From the NCBI GenBank assembly GCA_965200355.1, contig OZ241351.1, positions 2,982,735-3,046,734 on the forward strand: a stretch of DNA of 64,000 nucleotides, given 5' to 3'. The notes beneath the pieces are model-generated. The model ran no database searches. It was given only the letters and a program-made list of their open reading frames with translations, and was not told the origin of the DNA. Each line of letters begins with the position of its first letter. Position 1 is the first letter of the stretch. Positions 26,504 through 35,889 of this stretch are shown piece by piece. Source of the DNA: an uncultured Candidatus Binatia bacterium (GTDB lineage Bacteria; Desulfobacterota; Binatia; Bin18). Made by a program: the position numbers and the translations under genes.

Positions 26504-27814
26504 ATGGTTGTGTCAACGACTCAGACCCAAAATCCACCACACCCACTCGTACCGAGAGCTTTGCAGTGGATTTCGCGTCTTTTCTTTGCGCACTTCTTCA
26601 CCCTTCTGTTAATAACAATCAGCCTGTCTCAGTGGAGCGTACCGGCCTGGTTTTTGAGCGTCTTTTTAGCCGTGCCTCTGCCGCCGTTAGCGACATTAGC
26701 CGTTCTCCTCTCTCCCATTCTTTTTTGCTTGAATCTCGCCCTCCTCCGCTTCTCTCGACGCCTCTCCACCCTTCCCACAGCCCTCCGTCATCTGCTCCGG
26801 ATTTATTTTGCCTCGGCTTTCATCAGCGTCTTTTGCTTTGTGTTTCTTGTGTTGTGCGGAGTGTTATGGACACTCTTGTCTGTTCTTGTCACCGCCGGCG
26901 ACTTCTTTTTTCCCGTTGCAGAACTCCACCTGTCTGTTCAGCCCGTGCTGACATTCGGCTTTCGTCTCTTTGCCGGGGTGAGTCTCGTGCTCATTACCGG
27001 CCTTCTCATCTATGGCTATCTCGGAGGACAGCGTCAGCTCGGCCTCTCCGAGATCGACCTCCCCCTGACCCATTGGCCGGCCGCAAGTCCGCCTATCAGA
27101 ATTGCGCATATCAGCGACCTCCACATCGGGACGAATCTCACGACGCAAGAACTCGAAACCTATGTCCAGAGAGTCAATGCGCTCCGGCCAGACCTCATTC
27201 TCCTGACCGGCGATATCCTCGACTCCAATCCGGCCTATATCCCGGACTTCTTCCCGTATCTGAACACGCTCCACGCCCGGTATGGAGTCTTTGCCTGTCT
27301 TGGTAATCATGATCGCTATGCAGGCGTGCAGGCTGTGGCGGCTGGCTTAGCAGACTATACCCGTATTACCCTTCTACGCGACCAAGTTGTCCATCTCGCT
27401 ATGACAGGCACAACGCTCCATCTCATTGGTCTGGACGACCGCGGGAAAGATTGGGCCCGCGGGCTCGACGAGGATACCACTCTCACCCGCCTCAGAGCGG
27501 ACATCCCGAGCCATGAGCCCACTATTTTATTATCGCACCGTCCCGATATTTTTCCCGCCGCAGCCAGTCTCGGTATTGATCTCACCCTGTCGGGCCATAC
27601 CCATGGCGGGCAATTTGCCCTGCCCTTCCAGCCCCATCAGTTCAATTTGGCCCGCTTTATTACCCGCTTTCCACGCGGCCAGTATACGCTCAGGGATTGT
27701 TCTCTGTATGTGAATCGAGGTCTGGGCGTCACGGGCCAGCGCATCCGTCTTTTCACTCCACGGGAAATTGCGCTCTTGACCTGTCGGGCCACGCCACATG
27801 CCGGAGCGCTGTGA
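26504..27814 (+). CDS. Membrane-anchored metallophosphoesterase (calcineurin-like)
   Basis: Several N-terminal TM helices. IAHISDLHIG, LLTGDILD, CLGNHD, LSGHTHGGQ. Confidence 0.8.
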   Translation: MVVSTTQTQNPPHPLVPRALQWISRLFFAHFFTLLLITISLSQWSVPAWFLSVFLAVPLPPLATLAVLLSPILFCLNLALLRFSRRLSTLPTALRHLLRIYFASAFISVFCFVFLVLCGVLWTLLSVLVTAGDFFFPVAELHLSVQPVLTFGFRLFAGVSLVLITGLLIYGYLGGQRQLGLSEIDLPLTHWPAASPPIRIAHISDLHIGTNLTTQELETYVQRVNALRPDLILLTGDILDSNPAYIPDFFPYLNTLHARYGVFACLGNHDRYAGVQAVAAGLADYTRITLLRDQVVHLAMTGTTLHLIGLDDRGKDWARGLDEDTTLTRLRADIPSHEPTILLSHRPDIFPAAASLGIDLTLSGHTHGGQFALPFQPHQFNLARFITRFPRGQYTLRDCSLYVNRGLGVTGQRIRLFTPREIALLTCRATPHAGAL

Positions 27815-27922
27815 ACGCCCCCCTGCTCCGCCGCATTTTACTACGTCACACGCCGCGGTTGTCCTACTTGACCCCTTGCACCCATTACTGCATCCTCAAA
27901 GGGTCACGCCACCGGGGATACC

Positions 27923-28759
27923 ATGTATCATCTCACTCGCTTTGTTGAATTTGAGGCGTCTCACCGCTATTGGAATCCCGACTTTTCAGAAGAAGATAAT
28001 TGGCGCACCTTTGGTAAATGTGTCAGTCCATACGGCCATGGGCATAATTATGTCCTGCGGGTGACCGTGCACGGCGAGAGCGACCCGCACACCGGTATGG
28101 TGATCAATATCAAAGAATTGGACCGCTTACTCAAAGAAGTCACTGGCCAGTTTGACCATAAATTCATTAATCTCGACCACCCGGCCTTCAGCCATCTCAT
28201 TCCGACCACGGAAACGCTTGCAACCTATATGCGGGACTATCTCGCAGACCGGTTGCGAATAGCGCAGCCGGCAGCCCGGCTCTTTCGTGTTCGCCTGTAT
28301 GAAGAACCAACGCTCTGGTCCGATGTGTCGGGTGGAAAGGGAAGTGCTATGGTCGCCCTCACAAAATCCTTCAGCTTTAGCGCCGCTCACCGTCTTCATA
28401 GTCCACATTTATCCGACGAGCAGAATAGAGAGATATTTGGCAAATGTAATAATCTGCATGGCCACGGGCATAATTACGAACTGGAGGTGACCGTCACCGG
28501 CGCTATCGATCCACAGACCGGCATGATTTTTGACCTGGCCAAGCTGATGCAGATCGTACACGAAGAAGTGATTGAGCGTTTTGATCATAAACATCTCAAT
28601 CGTGAGACAGCGGAGTTTCACAATCTCAATCCCACGGGAGAAAACATTGTCCACGTTATTTGGAACCTGCTGGAACCACGTCTGGGCCCGCACCTGTCGC
28701 GGGTTGGGTTGTGGGAGACCCCGAAGAATTTCTTTGAATATCACGGAGAACGCGCGTAA
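27923..28759 (+). CDS. Tandem-fused 6-pyruvoyl-tetrahydropterin synthase / QueD-family protein (two PTPS domains)
   Basis: Two homologous halves, each carrying FGKC-x5-HGHNY (CVSPYGHGHNY and CNNLHGHGHNY). Confidence 0.8.
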   Translation: MYHLTRFVEFEASHRYWNPDFSEEDNWRTFGKCVSPYGHGHNYVLRVTVHGESDPHTGMVINIKELDRLLKEVTGQFDHKFINLDHPAFSHLIPTTETLATYMRDYLADRLRIAQPAARLFRVRLYEEPTLWSDVSGGKGSAMVALTKSFSFSAAHRLHSPHLSDEQNREIFGKCNNLHGHGHNYELEVTVTGAIDPQTGMIFDLAKLMQIVHEEVIERFDHKHLNRETAEFHNLNPTGENIVHVIWNLLEPRLGPHLSRVGLWETPKNFFEYHGERA

Positions 28760-28782
28760 GCCTTGCGCGTAAGGAATCCAAT

Positions 28783-29508
28783 ATGTCATCTCCCAAGCTG
28801 CATGGCCAAGTTGCCGTTGTCACTGGTGCGAGTTCTGGCATAGGTCACGCGACCGCCCTGGCCCTTGCCCAGGCTGGTGTCCAGGTCGTTCTCGCTGCCC
28901 GGACCCAGGCGACATTGGATGGGGTGGTCCAGGAATGTAGTCAGGTCGGTGCTCCAGCCCTTGCGGTTCCCACCGATGTCACCAACGAGCACGCCATTGC
29001 CGCCCTGATGGAGAGAGCCGTCCAGGCGTATGGGCAGCTTGATATTCTGGTGACGAGTGCCGGCGGTGCGGCCTTTGGTCCTATCATGGAATCCCGCACC
29101 GAGGACTGGGATATGCTCATGAACGTCAATCTGCGCGGGACGTATCTCTGCTGTAGAAGTGCGCTCGGACATATGCTGCCCCAAAAGCGTGGCCATATCC
29201 TCAACGTATTGTCTATTGCCAGCCACATGATCTTGCCTGGCTCAACAGCCTATACGGCCTCCAAGTTCGGCGCTCTCGGTCTGACGAAGGTCTTAGCGGC
29301 TGAGGTCCGCTCAGAAGGAATAAAAGTGACCGCCGTGATTCCCGGTGCGGTGGATACTCCCCTGTGGGACAAAAGCGGCGGGGACCTGGACCGGGCGAAA
29401 ATGCTGTCTGCGGACGATGTGGCAGACGCCATGCTGGGCGTCATTGCTCAGCCGGCCGGTATTCATACCGATGAGCTTCACCTCATGCCGCCTTTAGGCG
29501 TGCTGTGA
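28783..29508 (+). CDS. Short-chain dehydrogenase/reductase
   Basis: VAVVTGASSGIGHATA. YTASKFG catalytic motif. Confidence 0.8.
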   Translation: MSSPKLHGQVAVVTGASSGIGHATALALAQAGVQVVLAARTQATLDGVVQECSQVGAPALAVPTDVTNEHAIAALMERAVQAYGQLDILVTSAGGAAFGPIMESRTEDWDMLMNVNLRGTYLCCRSALGHMLPQKRGHILNVLSIASHMILPGSTAYTASKFGALGLTKVLAAEVRSEGIKVTAVIPGAVDTPLWDKSGGDLDRAKMLSADDVADAMLGVIAQPAGIHTDELHLMPPLGVL

Positions 29509-29524
29509 TGCTGGACAGACAGAG

Positions 29525-29612
29525 CGGAGGGAGTGGGATTCGAACCCACGAGAGCCTTTTGGACTCTACCGATTTTCAAGACCGGCGCCTTCAACCGCTC
29601 GGCCATCCCTCC
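29525..29612 (-). tRNA. tRNA-Ser (anticodon UGA)
   Basis: Minus-strand GGAGGGATGGCCGAGCGGTTGAAGGCGCCGGTCTTGAAAATCGGTAGAGTCCAAAAGGCTCTCGTGGGTTCGAATCCCACTCCCTCCG. 7-bp acceptor stem, CUUGAAA anticodon loop, long variable arm, GGTTCGAATCC T-loop. No CCA is encoded. Confidence 0.9.
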
Positions 29613-29691
29613 ACGTGGCCGGTCTTACACGGCTTTCTTCGACTTTGAAAGGGGGGATGGAAGGTCGCCACCGTGACGGGCATCACTCGCT

Positions 29692-30099
29692 TCAGCCCGT
29701 CGGTGAGGTATCAGGGCACACCCTGCGTTCCTTAAAACGCCACCGCCCGGCAACTTTCTCAATCTGGTCCTCATAACGCCCAGAAATCACCAGTTCAGTT
29801 TTTCCCCGTGCCGCATGCGTCATGAGCAGATAACTCTCTGCGGTAGCCGTGTCACCGTCGAGGTCGATCAGAATGTTCATGACACAGTGACGAGGCTGGG
29901 CGTCTCCGGTCCAGTCTTTATAGCGGGCGGTAAAGGCCAGCAGCTTCTCCGCCCCTTGCCATTGACCCAGAATTGGACTGTTAAAAGTGCCATCCGCGGT
30001 AAAGCATTGGACCCACTCCGCATAGCGTCCCGCGTCAATCGAGAGACAGTAGCGTGTCATTAAATCGCGAATAGCCTCTTTGTCTTCCAAAGCGTTCAT
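29692..30099 (-). CDS. SnoaL-like / NTF2-fold protein
   Basis: MNALEDKEAIRDLMTRYCLSIDAGRYAEWVQCFTADGTF is the typical SnoaL_4 opening. Confidence 0.6.
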   Translation of the reverse strand: MNALEDKEAIRDLMTRYCLSIDAGRYAEWVQCFTADGTFNSPILGQWQGAEKLLAFTARYKDWTGDAQPRHCVMNILIDLDGDTATAESYLLMTHAARGKTELVISGRYEDQIEKVAGRWRFKERRVCPDTSPTG

Positions 30100-30136
30100 C
30101 GCTCTACTCCTTTTTCACTTTCTCTTTCACATCTGT

Positions 30137-30943
30137 TCATCTCGGCCCAAAGATGACCGTGATGTCTTGGCCGGAACGTCGGACGAGCAGACGGGCGGAC
30201 TGATTCTCTGGTAGAGTTTTCTGCCGCAAGTCTGCGATACTGCGGATGAGTGCGCCCTCCAGGGCCAGAATGATGTCGCCGCGTTGCAGGGTCCCCTGAC
30301 CCTGAGCGGCGTTTGTCACCAGCACCCCGTCCGCGGTCGGAAGCTGAAAATACTCTGCCAGTTCAGCCGTCATATTCTGGACCTCAATCCCCATGACCGT
30401 CGCGCTGATGGTCTGGAGGGGGCCGGGCAAACGCTGGCTGCTTTCCGCAAAGACCTCCTCCGCAACAAAAATAGGCCGGTCGAACCTGAGAGCAAGCGCA
30501 ATAGCATCACTCGGACGACTATCGACCTCAACCGACCGGTCGGTGAGGAGCAGATGAATCTGGGCGAAATAGGTATTATTCTTGAGCGCACTGACCACAA
30601 TTTTTTGAAACTCGACACCCATATGGTCCAGGACGTTTTTCATTAAGTCATGCGTCAGCGGGCGGGGAAAAGGCGTTCCGGCCAGGGCCAGCGCAATGGC
30701 CCTGGCCTCGAATGGACCAACCCAGATAGGGAGGAATCGTGCCGTCTCAGTATCGGCGAGAATCACCACAGGAGCCTGCGCGTGTCGATCAAATCCAACA
30801 TGATGAACCTGGACAGGGAAGACAGGCACGGCAGAGGCGCGACCAGGCAGGAGCAGAAGAAGAGCGAACAGGCCGGCGAGAAGACCAGACCGCAATGGGC
30901 GGGACCGGCATGAGAACGGAGGGTGAGTCTGGTGCTGTCGCAT
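30137..30943 (-). CDS. Secreted DUF151 (bifunctional nuclease) - PDZ fusion protein
   Basis: Signal peptide ...LLLLPGRASA. LPIWVGPFEARAIALALAG, RPLTHDLMKNVLDHMG, DSRPSDAIALALRFDRPIFV. C-terminal PDZ-like GVLVTNAAQGQGTLQRGDIILALEG. Confidence 0.7.
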   Translation of the reverse strand: MRQHQTHPPFSCRSRPLRSGLLAGLFALLLLLPGRASAVPVFPVQVHHVGFDRHAQAPVVILADTETARFLPIWVGPFEARAIALALAGTPFPRPLTHDLMKNVLDHMGVEFQKIVVSALKNNTYFAQIHLLLTDRSVEVDSRPSDAIALALRFDRPIFVAEEVFAESSQRLPGPLQTISATVMGIEVQNMTAELAEYFQLPTADGVLVTNAAQGQGTLQRGDIILALEGALIRSIADLRQKTLPENQSARLLVRRSGQDITVIFGPR

Positions 30944-31061
30944 ACGACCTCCTGGAATTCTGAGGTTTTCCTAACGGGAAGGGGCAAGAGAGAAACAGTC
31001 AGACAATGATAAGAAGCATGGCGCGAAGATGCAGGGGAACAGTAAGGCGCGCGGCGAGAGT

Positions 31062-31394
31062 TCAGTCCGCTGGGCTGGTCGAACAGGCGGTACACAGATT
31101 TTCAATATTATCCGGATCTTCAACAATCCCCTCATCCAGGCTATGGCATATCTGAGAGCAGCGTGCGCAAATAAAATAGATACCCTCAATGGTCTTATTA
31201 ATCCGCTCCCGATTCAACACCCGTCCGCGCAGCTTGGAGATCCGAATACCAAGGAGTTCTGCATAGCGCTTTTTTATCTTGCGTCGCCCAGCTTCATCTT
31301 TTGGCAGCTCCTCTTCTTCGAGGTCCTCCCCTTGCTCTTCCTCGTCAAAGAGACTGGGGGCACGCGCCTTCCCGGCTTGCTTCGCCCGCGGCAT
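31062..31394 (-). CDS. Hypothetical Lys/Glu-rich protein with C-terminal Cys cluster
   Basis: CARCSQICH...CTAC. The ATG directly abuts the stop of the upstream mini-gene (TAAATG). Confidence 0.5.
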   Translation of the reverse strand: MPRAKQAGKARAPSLFDEEEQGEDLEEEELPKDEAGRRKIKKRYAELLGIRISKLRGRVLNRERINKTIEGIYFICARCSQICHSLDEGIVEDPDNIENLCTACSTSPAD

Positions 31395-31577
31395 TTACAG
31401 ACTCCGGGCGGAGCTTGTTGTGACCGCATGTTCTATGTTCTTTTCGCAGACCCAATAGAACCCTTTCTTTCCGAACCCGGCAAATTGCACGACCCGGCTT
31501 TGGGCTCCACACATCGGACATGCCTGTTGTGAGTCGAATTTCTTGTCTTTTTGGGCGGTTTTCGCTTTCCCGGCCAT
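31395..31577 (-). CDS. Hypothetical 60-aa Lys-rich zinc-ribbon-like protein
   Basis: GGAGGA 9 nt upstream of ATG 31577. MAGKAKTAQKDKKFDSQQACPMCG...WVCEKNIEH. Confidence 0.5.
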   Translation of the reverse strand: MAGKAKTAQKDKKFDSQQACPMCGAQSRVVQFAGFGKKGFYWVCEKNIEHAVTTSSARSL

Positions 31578-31793
31578 AGTCTTTCCTCCACAATCCAATC
31601 AAGGAAATGTTCAGAGATATCTGCTTGCTATACCAGGATAGGCGATTGCTCGCCCAACTGTCAAGGGTGAAAGGTTCTTGTCAGTTCAGGCCACGCATGG
31701 TATCGTTGCCGTCGTGAAATTCAAATTTATCACACGAAATCAGAGACTTACGTCTTCTCATCGCAGGGCTGCCCAGGCCCTGTGGAGGGAGGG

Positions 31794-32678
31794 ATGACGC
31801 TGCCGTCCGCATCGGACCGGGTGCTCTTGCAGCCGGACGACAGTGTGCTCTTCATTGACCAGAAGGAACGCGAATATCTCCGCCTCCTGCACCCCGGTAG
31901 TGTCATTGCGCTGCGGGGTGGGAATATCCCTGCTGAGCAGTTTATTGGACTTGCAGAAGGCAGCTTGGTCCAGATCGGTCAGGGGGAAAAATTCCGCATC
32001 TTCCGGCCAACGTATGCACGCCTGATTCCCAACCTGCCGCGCCAAGCCCAAGTGATCTATCCCAAGGATATTGGTCTTATCCTGCTCTGGGGAGATGTCT
32101 TCCCCGGCGCCCGTGTCCTTGAGGTAGGAGCAGGCCCGGGGGCTTTGAGTATCGCTTTGCTACGAGCCATAGGACCAGAAGGCTATTTACTCACCGTTGA
32201 TATTCGGACCGACCATTGCAAGATGGCACGCAACAACGTCAAGCGCTTTTTTGGCGCTCCGCCAAACTGGATAGTCGCCCAAACCGATGCGTATCAGGGG
32301 TTGCCGATTCGGGAGGTTGACCGCGCCCTGATTGATCTGCCGGAGCCGTGGCAGGTCGTGCCTCATGCCCGAGCAGTCATCCGGCCTGGGGGGGTGCTCG
32401 TGGGCTATCTCCCCACGGTGCTGCAAGTCAAAGCGCTGGTAGACGCACTCCACGCAGACCCCAGGTTTGCCTGCGTAGAAGTCATGGAAAACATGGTCCG
32501 GTTCTGGCATGTCAAAGACCGGTCCGTGCGGCCGGAACACCGCATGGTCGCGCATACCGGCTTTATTGTGGTCGCCAGACGGGTCACTGAGGCGGCCGCC
32601 ATTCAGGTCAAGTCCGAGAAGCAAGTCAGACAAGAAGCTCAGCAAGCCGCAGTCCCACACAGCGCGCCGGAATCGTGA
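31794..32678 (+). CDS. trmI: tRNA (adenine-N1)-methyltransferase, TrmI/GCD14 family
   Basis: IYPKDIGLILLWGDVFPGARVLEVGAGPGALS, ALIDLPEPW, RPEHRMVAHTGFIVVARR. GGAGGGA upstream of ATG 31794. Confidence 0.8.
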   Translation: MTLPSASDRVLLQPDDSVLFIDQKEREYLRLLHPGSVIALRGGNIPAEQFIGLAEGSLVQIGQGEKFRIFRPTYARLIPNLPRQAQVIYPKDIGLILLWGDVFPGARVLEVGAGPGALSIALLRAIGPEGYLLTVDIRTDHCKMARNNVKRFFGAPPNWIVAQTDAYQGLPIREVDRALIDLPEPWQVVPHARAVIRPGGVLVGYLPTVLQVKALVDALHADPRFACVEVMENMVRFWHVKDRSVRPEHRMVAHTGFIVVARRVTEAAAIQVKSEKQVRQEAQQAAVPHSAPES

Positions 32679-32775
32679 TTGATGTCTGTCCGGACAATCT
32701 ATGCGCTTTCCCTCTCCTACACCTCTTGCCTCCTCAACCTCTCACCTGATAGCTGACGGTGGTGAGGGGGAAACC

Positions 32776-33534
32776 ATGTCGAAAGTGCTTTTTGAGAAAA
32801 AGGGAGGCATTGCCTATGTGACCATTAACCGGCCGGAACGCCTCAACGCGTGTGACGTTGAAACCTATCATATGCTGGCCGACATCTGGATCGAATTTCG
32901 AGACGACCCGAGCTTACGCGTCGCTATTCTGACCGGAGCCGGCGAGCGAGCGTTTAGTGCCGGGAGTGATATAAAAGCGAATTATGTCAATCGTCCGGAA
33001 AACGAAAATACCAATCTCTTCCCAACGCTGTTCGACCTGTATAAGCCTATCATTGCGGCCATCAACGGCCACGCGAATGGTGGCGGCCTGGAGCAGGCTC
33101 TGGCGTGCGATATCCGCGTGGCCGCGGAGCATGCCCAATTCGGATTTGGCGAAGTTCGCCTAGGCTGGCTGCCGGGTGGCGGGGGGACGCAACGCCTCCC
33201 CCGGATCATTCCTCTGGGACGGGCCTTGGAGTTATTGTATACCGGCGCTCGCATTTCCGCGGAAGAAGCCTATCGCCTCGGTCTGGTTGACTACCTCGTC
33301 TCCATGCGTCAGCTCATGCCCAGGTGTGAAGAGATTGCCGAAGAGATTTGCAAGAGCGCGCCCCTGGCCGTACAGCACATCAAGCAAGCTTCCTTACGCG
33401 GCCTGGATGTGTCCCTCAAGGAGGGACTGCAATTAGAACGTACACTCTATAACGAACTGCAAGCGACCGAAGACGCCCGTGAAGGCGCCCTTGCTTTTGC
33501 AGAAAAACGGGCCCCGCATTGGCAGGGCCAGTGA
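32776..33534 (+). CDS. Enoyl-CoA hydratase/isomerase (crotonase) family protein
   Basis: Start trimmed to MSKVLFEKKGGIAYVTINRPERLNA. LTGAGERAFSAGSDI. GHANGGGLEQALACDIR. Confidence 0.85.
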   Translation: MSKVLFEKKGGIAYVTINRPERLNACDVETYHMLADIWIEFRDDPSLRVAILTGAGERAFSAGSDIKANYVNRPENENTNLFPTLFDLYKPIIAAINGHANGGGLEQALACDIRVAAEHAQFGFGEVRLGWLPGGGGTQRLPRIIPLGRALELLYTGARISAEEAYRLGLVDYLVSMRQLMPRCEEIAEEICKSAPLAVQHIKQASLRGLDVSLKEGLQLERTLYNELQATEDAREGALAFAEKRAPHWQGQ

Positions 33535-33605
33535 AGTCTGCCCCCTGCGGTCCGTTCGCTCAGCAATCTCAGGAGAGGCAGCCCGGAACAGTCCAGAGGC
33601 GCGCT

Positions 33606-34379
33606 ATGGCAGAACCCGCAATGATACAGCAAGCGGCGCGGCACCTTTTTTCGGCCACCTATGTTATGGCGATGACAGGAGCCGGTATCTCGGTTGAAAG
33701 CGGGATTCCCCCCTTTCGTGGGCCGGGGGGGTTATGGACAAAATATGGAGAGCCACCCATGAATGGCTACGACATATTTCTCCAAGATCCGAAGAAAGCC
33801 TGGGAGGAGCGCTTATCGCCCTCAGGCCCGAGCAAAGAGATGTGGCAGACCCTGGGCACGGCAGAGCCGAATGCCGGCCATGCCGCCTTGGTTGATCTGG
33901 AAAATATGGGCATCTTGCGGAGCATGATTACGCAGAACGTCGACAACCTGCACCGGCGCGCCGGCAGCCAGCGCCTCATTGAAATCCACGGCAATTATAC
34001 CCTGGTGCGCTGCCTGAGCTGTCACGCCCGCTTTCCAGGCGCTGAGATTCCACTCCACCAGTTGCCCCCGGCATGTCCCAACTGTTCGGGTATTCTCAAA
34101 AGTGACACCGTGTCGTTTGGCGAACCCATTCCACAGGACGCCCTGGAGCAGTGTTATCGCGAAACGCAGCGGTGCGACTGCATGATCGTCGCTGGCACCT
34201 CGGCCACCGTGTATCCGGCCGCTGGCTTCCCCATTGCCGTCAGCCAGCAAGGCGGCACACTGATTGAGGTGAATTTATACGAAAGCGAATTAACCCCCGT
34301 ATGCACGCTGAGCCTGCGTGGTTCATCAGCCACCATCCTGAGTCAGTTGGTTGAGGCCGTCAAAGCCCAACGTGCCTAA
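33606..34379 (+). CDS. NAD-dependent protein deacylase (Sir2 family)
   Basis: MTGAGISVESGIPPFRG, ITQNVDNLHRRAGS, zinc ribbon CLSC...CPNC. Confidence 0.85.
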   Translation: MAEPAMIQQAARHLFSATYVMAMTGAGISVESGIPPFRGPGGLWTKYGEPPMNGYDIFLQDPKKAWEERLSPSGPSKEMWQTLGTAEPNAGHAALVDLENMGILRSMITQNVDNLHRRAGSQRLIEIHGNYTLVRCLSCHARFPGAEIPLHQLPPACPNCSGILKSDTVSFGEPIPQDALEQCYRETQRCDCMIVAGTSATVYPAAGFPIAVSQQGGTLIEVNLYESELTPVCTLSLRGSSATILSQLVEAVKAQRA

Positions 34380-34403
34380 TGTTTACCGTGTGGACGCCAG
34401 GAC

Positions 34404-34976
34404 TTGCCAGTGAAACAATGGTTCGCATTATCTGCTGTTGGTCGGGACCGGCCCGGGATCGTCGCCGATTTGGCAGAACTGATTTTCGAGTCCGATTGCA
34501 ACCTCGAAGACTCCAGCATGACCCGGCTGGGTGGTGAGTTTGCCGTGCTCCTGCTCCTTTCGGGTCGGGCTTCGGACTGCCAGCAACGGCTCTCGACGGC
34601 CTGTAAACGGCTCGAATGGGAAAAACGGCTGATCGTCTTTTTCCGTCCGCTTGAAGAAGAGCCCCGCCCCTCTGGGGCCGACGGCGAGACGCACCGCTAT
34701 GAGCTGGCGGCCACCGGAGTGGATAAAGCCGGCATTGTTGCCCGGGTGGCTCGCTGCTTAGCCGAGCAAGGGGTGAATATCGTGCACATGCAGACCTCCA
34801 CTCAGCCAGAGCCGGGGCACGGCACGGTCATCTATCATATGCGGATATCTCTGGCTGTTCCGAGCGACGTTGCTGAGACGACCCTCAGGGACAAACTCGA
34901 CCGTATTGCCGATGATTTGCGTATTCATATCGACCTCACAGCATCCGTTGCGCACGATGAAAGGAGGACAGCATGA
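34404..34976 (+). CDS. Two-ACT-domain protein (GcvR-like)
   Basis: SAVGRDRPGIVADLAELIF and GVDKAGIVARVARCLAE ACT openings. Non-ATG start (TTG 34404 or GTG 34410). Overlaps the next gene by ATGA. Confidence 0.6.
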   Translation: MPVKQWFALSAVGRDRPGIVADLAELIFESDCNLEDSSMTRLGGEFAVLLLLSGRASDCQQRLSTACKRLEWEKRLIVFFRPLEEEPRPSGADGETHRYELAATGVDKAGIVARVARCLAEQGVNIVHMQTSTQPEPGHGTVIYHMRISLAVPSDVAETTLRDKLDRIADDLRIHIDLTASVAHDERRTA

Positions 34977-35881
34977 AACTGGGATTTATTGGTGTTGGGA
35001 ATATGGGCAACCCTATGGCCCTCAATCTTCTGAAGGCCGGCCATGCCCTTCAGGTATATGACATCAAACAAGAGGCGGCCAGCAACCTGATTGCAGAGGG
35101 CGCCATCTGGGTCGAGAGTCCCAAAGCCGCGGCGACTGGCGCGGAAGCGGTCTGTCTCTCCTTACCCATGCCGGCCCATGTCGAGGAAGTCGTCCTGGCT
35201 GACAAAGGGGCCTTGGCCGGTCTGGCCCCAGGGAAGACCATTATCGACATGAGCACAAACTCACCAACTGTCGTCAAAGAATTAGCCGCGCGGGCGAACG
35301 CCCAGGGCGTCCATTTTCTTGATGCGCCGGTCAGCGGCGGCGTGCGCGGCGCACGCAAAGGGACGCTGGCCATCATGGTCGGTGGAGACAAGGCCGTGTA
35401 CGAGACGTGCGAACCCATGCTGCACTGTATGGGTAGCAATGTGTTTCACGTTGGAGCCATTGGCGCCGGCAACGTGGCCAAGCTGGTGAACAATATGCTG
35501 GCCTTTATTCATATGATGGGTGCCGCCGAAGCCCTGATCCTCGGAGCCAAGGCCGGTGTCGATCCCAATAGCCTGTGGAAAATCGTCAAAGCCAGCAGCG
35601 GGAATAGTTTTATCTGGCAGTCTGGAACCAGAGCTATTTTACGCGACCGGCTCGCCCCAACTTTTACTATTGATCTGGCCTGTAAAGACATGGGGCTTGC
35701 CACCGATCTTGGCGCAGAATTGGACGTTCCCCTGATGATAGCCTCAGCCGCCCAAGAGCTGCTCAAGGGATATCAGTCAAGCGGGTTTGCGCAGGAAGAC
35801 GTCCTGGCAACAATCAAAGCTCTGGAACAACAGACGGAGACAACCGTGCGGGGTACCTGGGACGACGCGAACGAGTCGTAG
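34973..35881 (+). CDS. NAD(P)-dependent beta-hydroxyacid dehydrogenase (3-hydroxyisobutyrate dehydrogenase family)
   Basis: MKLGFIGVGNMGNPMALNL, DAPVSGG, GAGNVAKLVNN. Confidence 0.8.
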   Translation: MKLGFIGVGNMGNPMALNLLKAGHALQVYDIKQEAASNLIAEGAIWVESPKAAATGAEAVCLSLPMPAHVEEVVLADKGALAGLAPGKTIIDMSTNSPTVVKELAARANAQGVHFLDAPVSGGVRGARKGTLAIMVGGDKAVYETCEPMLHCMGSNVFHVGAIGAGNVAKLVNNMLAFIHMMGAAEALILGAKAGVDPNSLWKIVKASSGNSFIWQSGTRAILRDRLAPTFTIDLACKDMGLATDLGAELDVPLMIASAAQELLKGYQSSGFAQEDVLATIKALEQQTETTVRGTWDDANES

Positions 35882-35889
35882 GGCCTGTC

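Noticed and set aside
26473-27306. 277-aa ORF overlapping the metallophosphoesterase gene in another frame.
   Set aside because: It is Ser/Pro/Arg-rich with no motifs. The overlapping 436-aa frame carries the full phosphoesterase motif set and TM helices.
29509-29691. tRNA-Ser as a possible integration site for a genomic island.
   Set aside because: No integrase, no direct repeat of the tRNA 3' end noticed nearby, and the flanking genes are ordinary metabolic genes.
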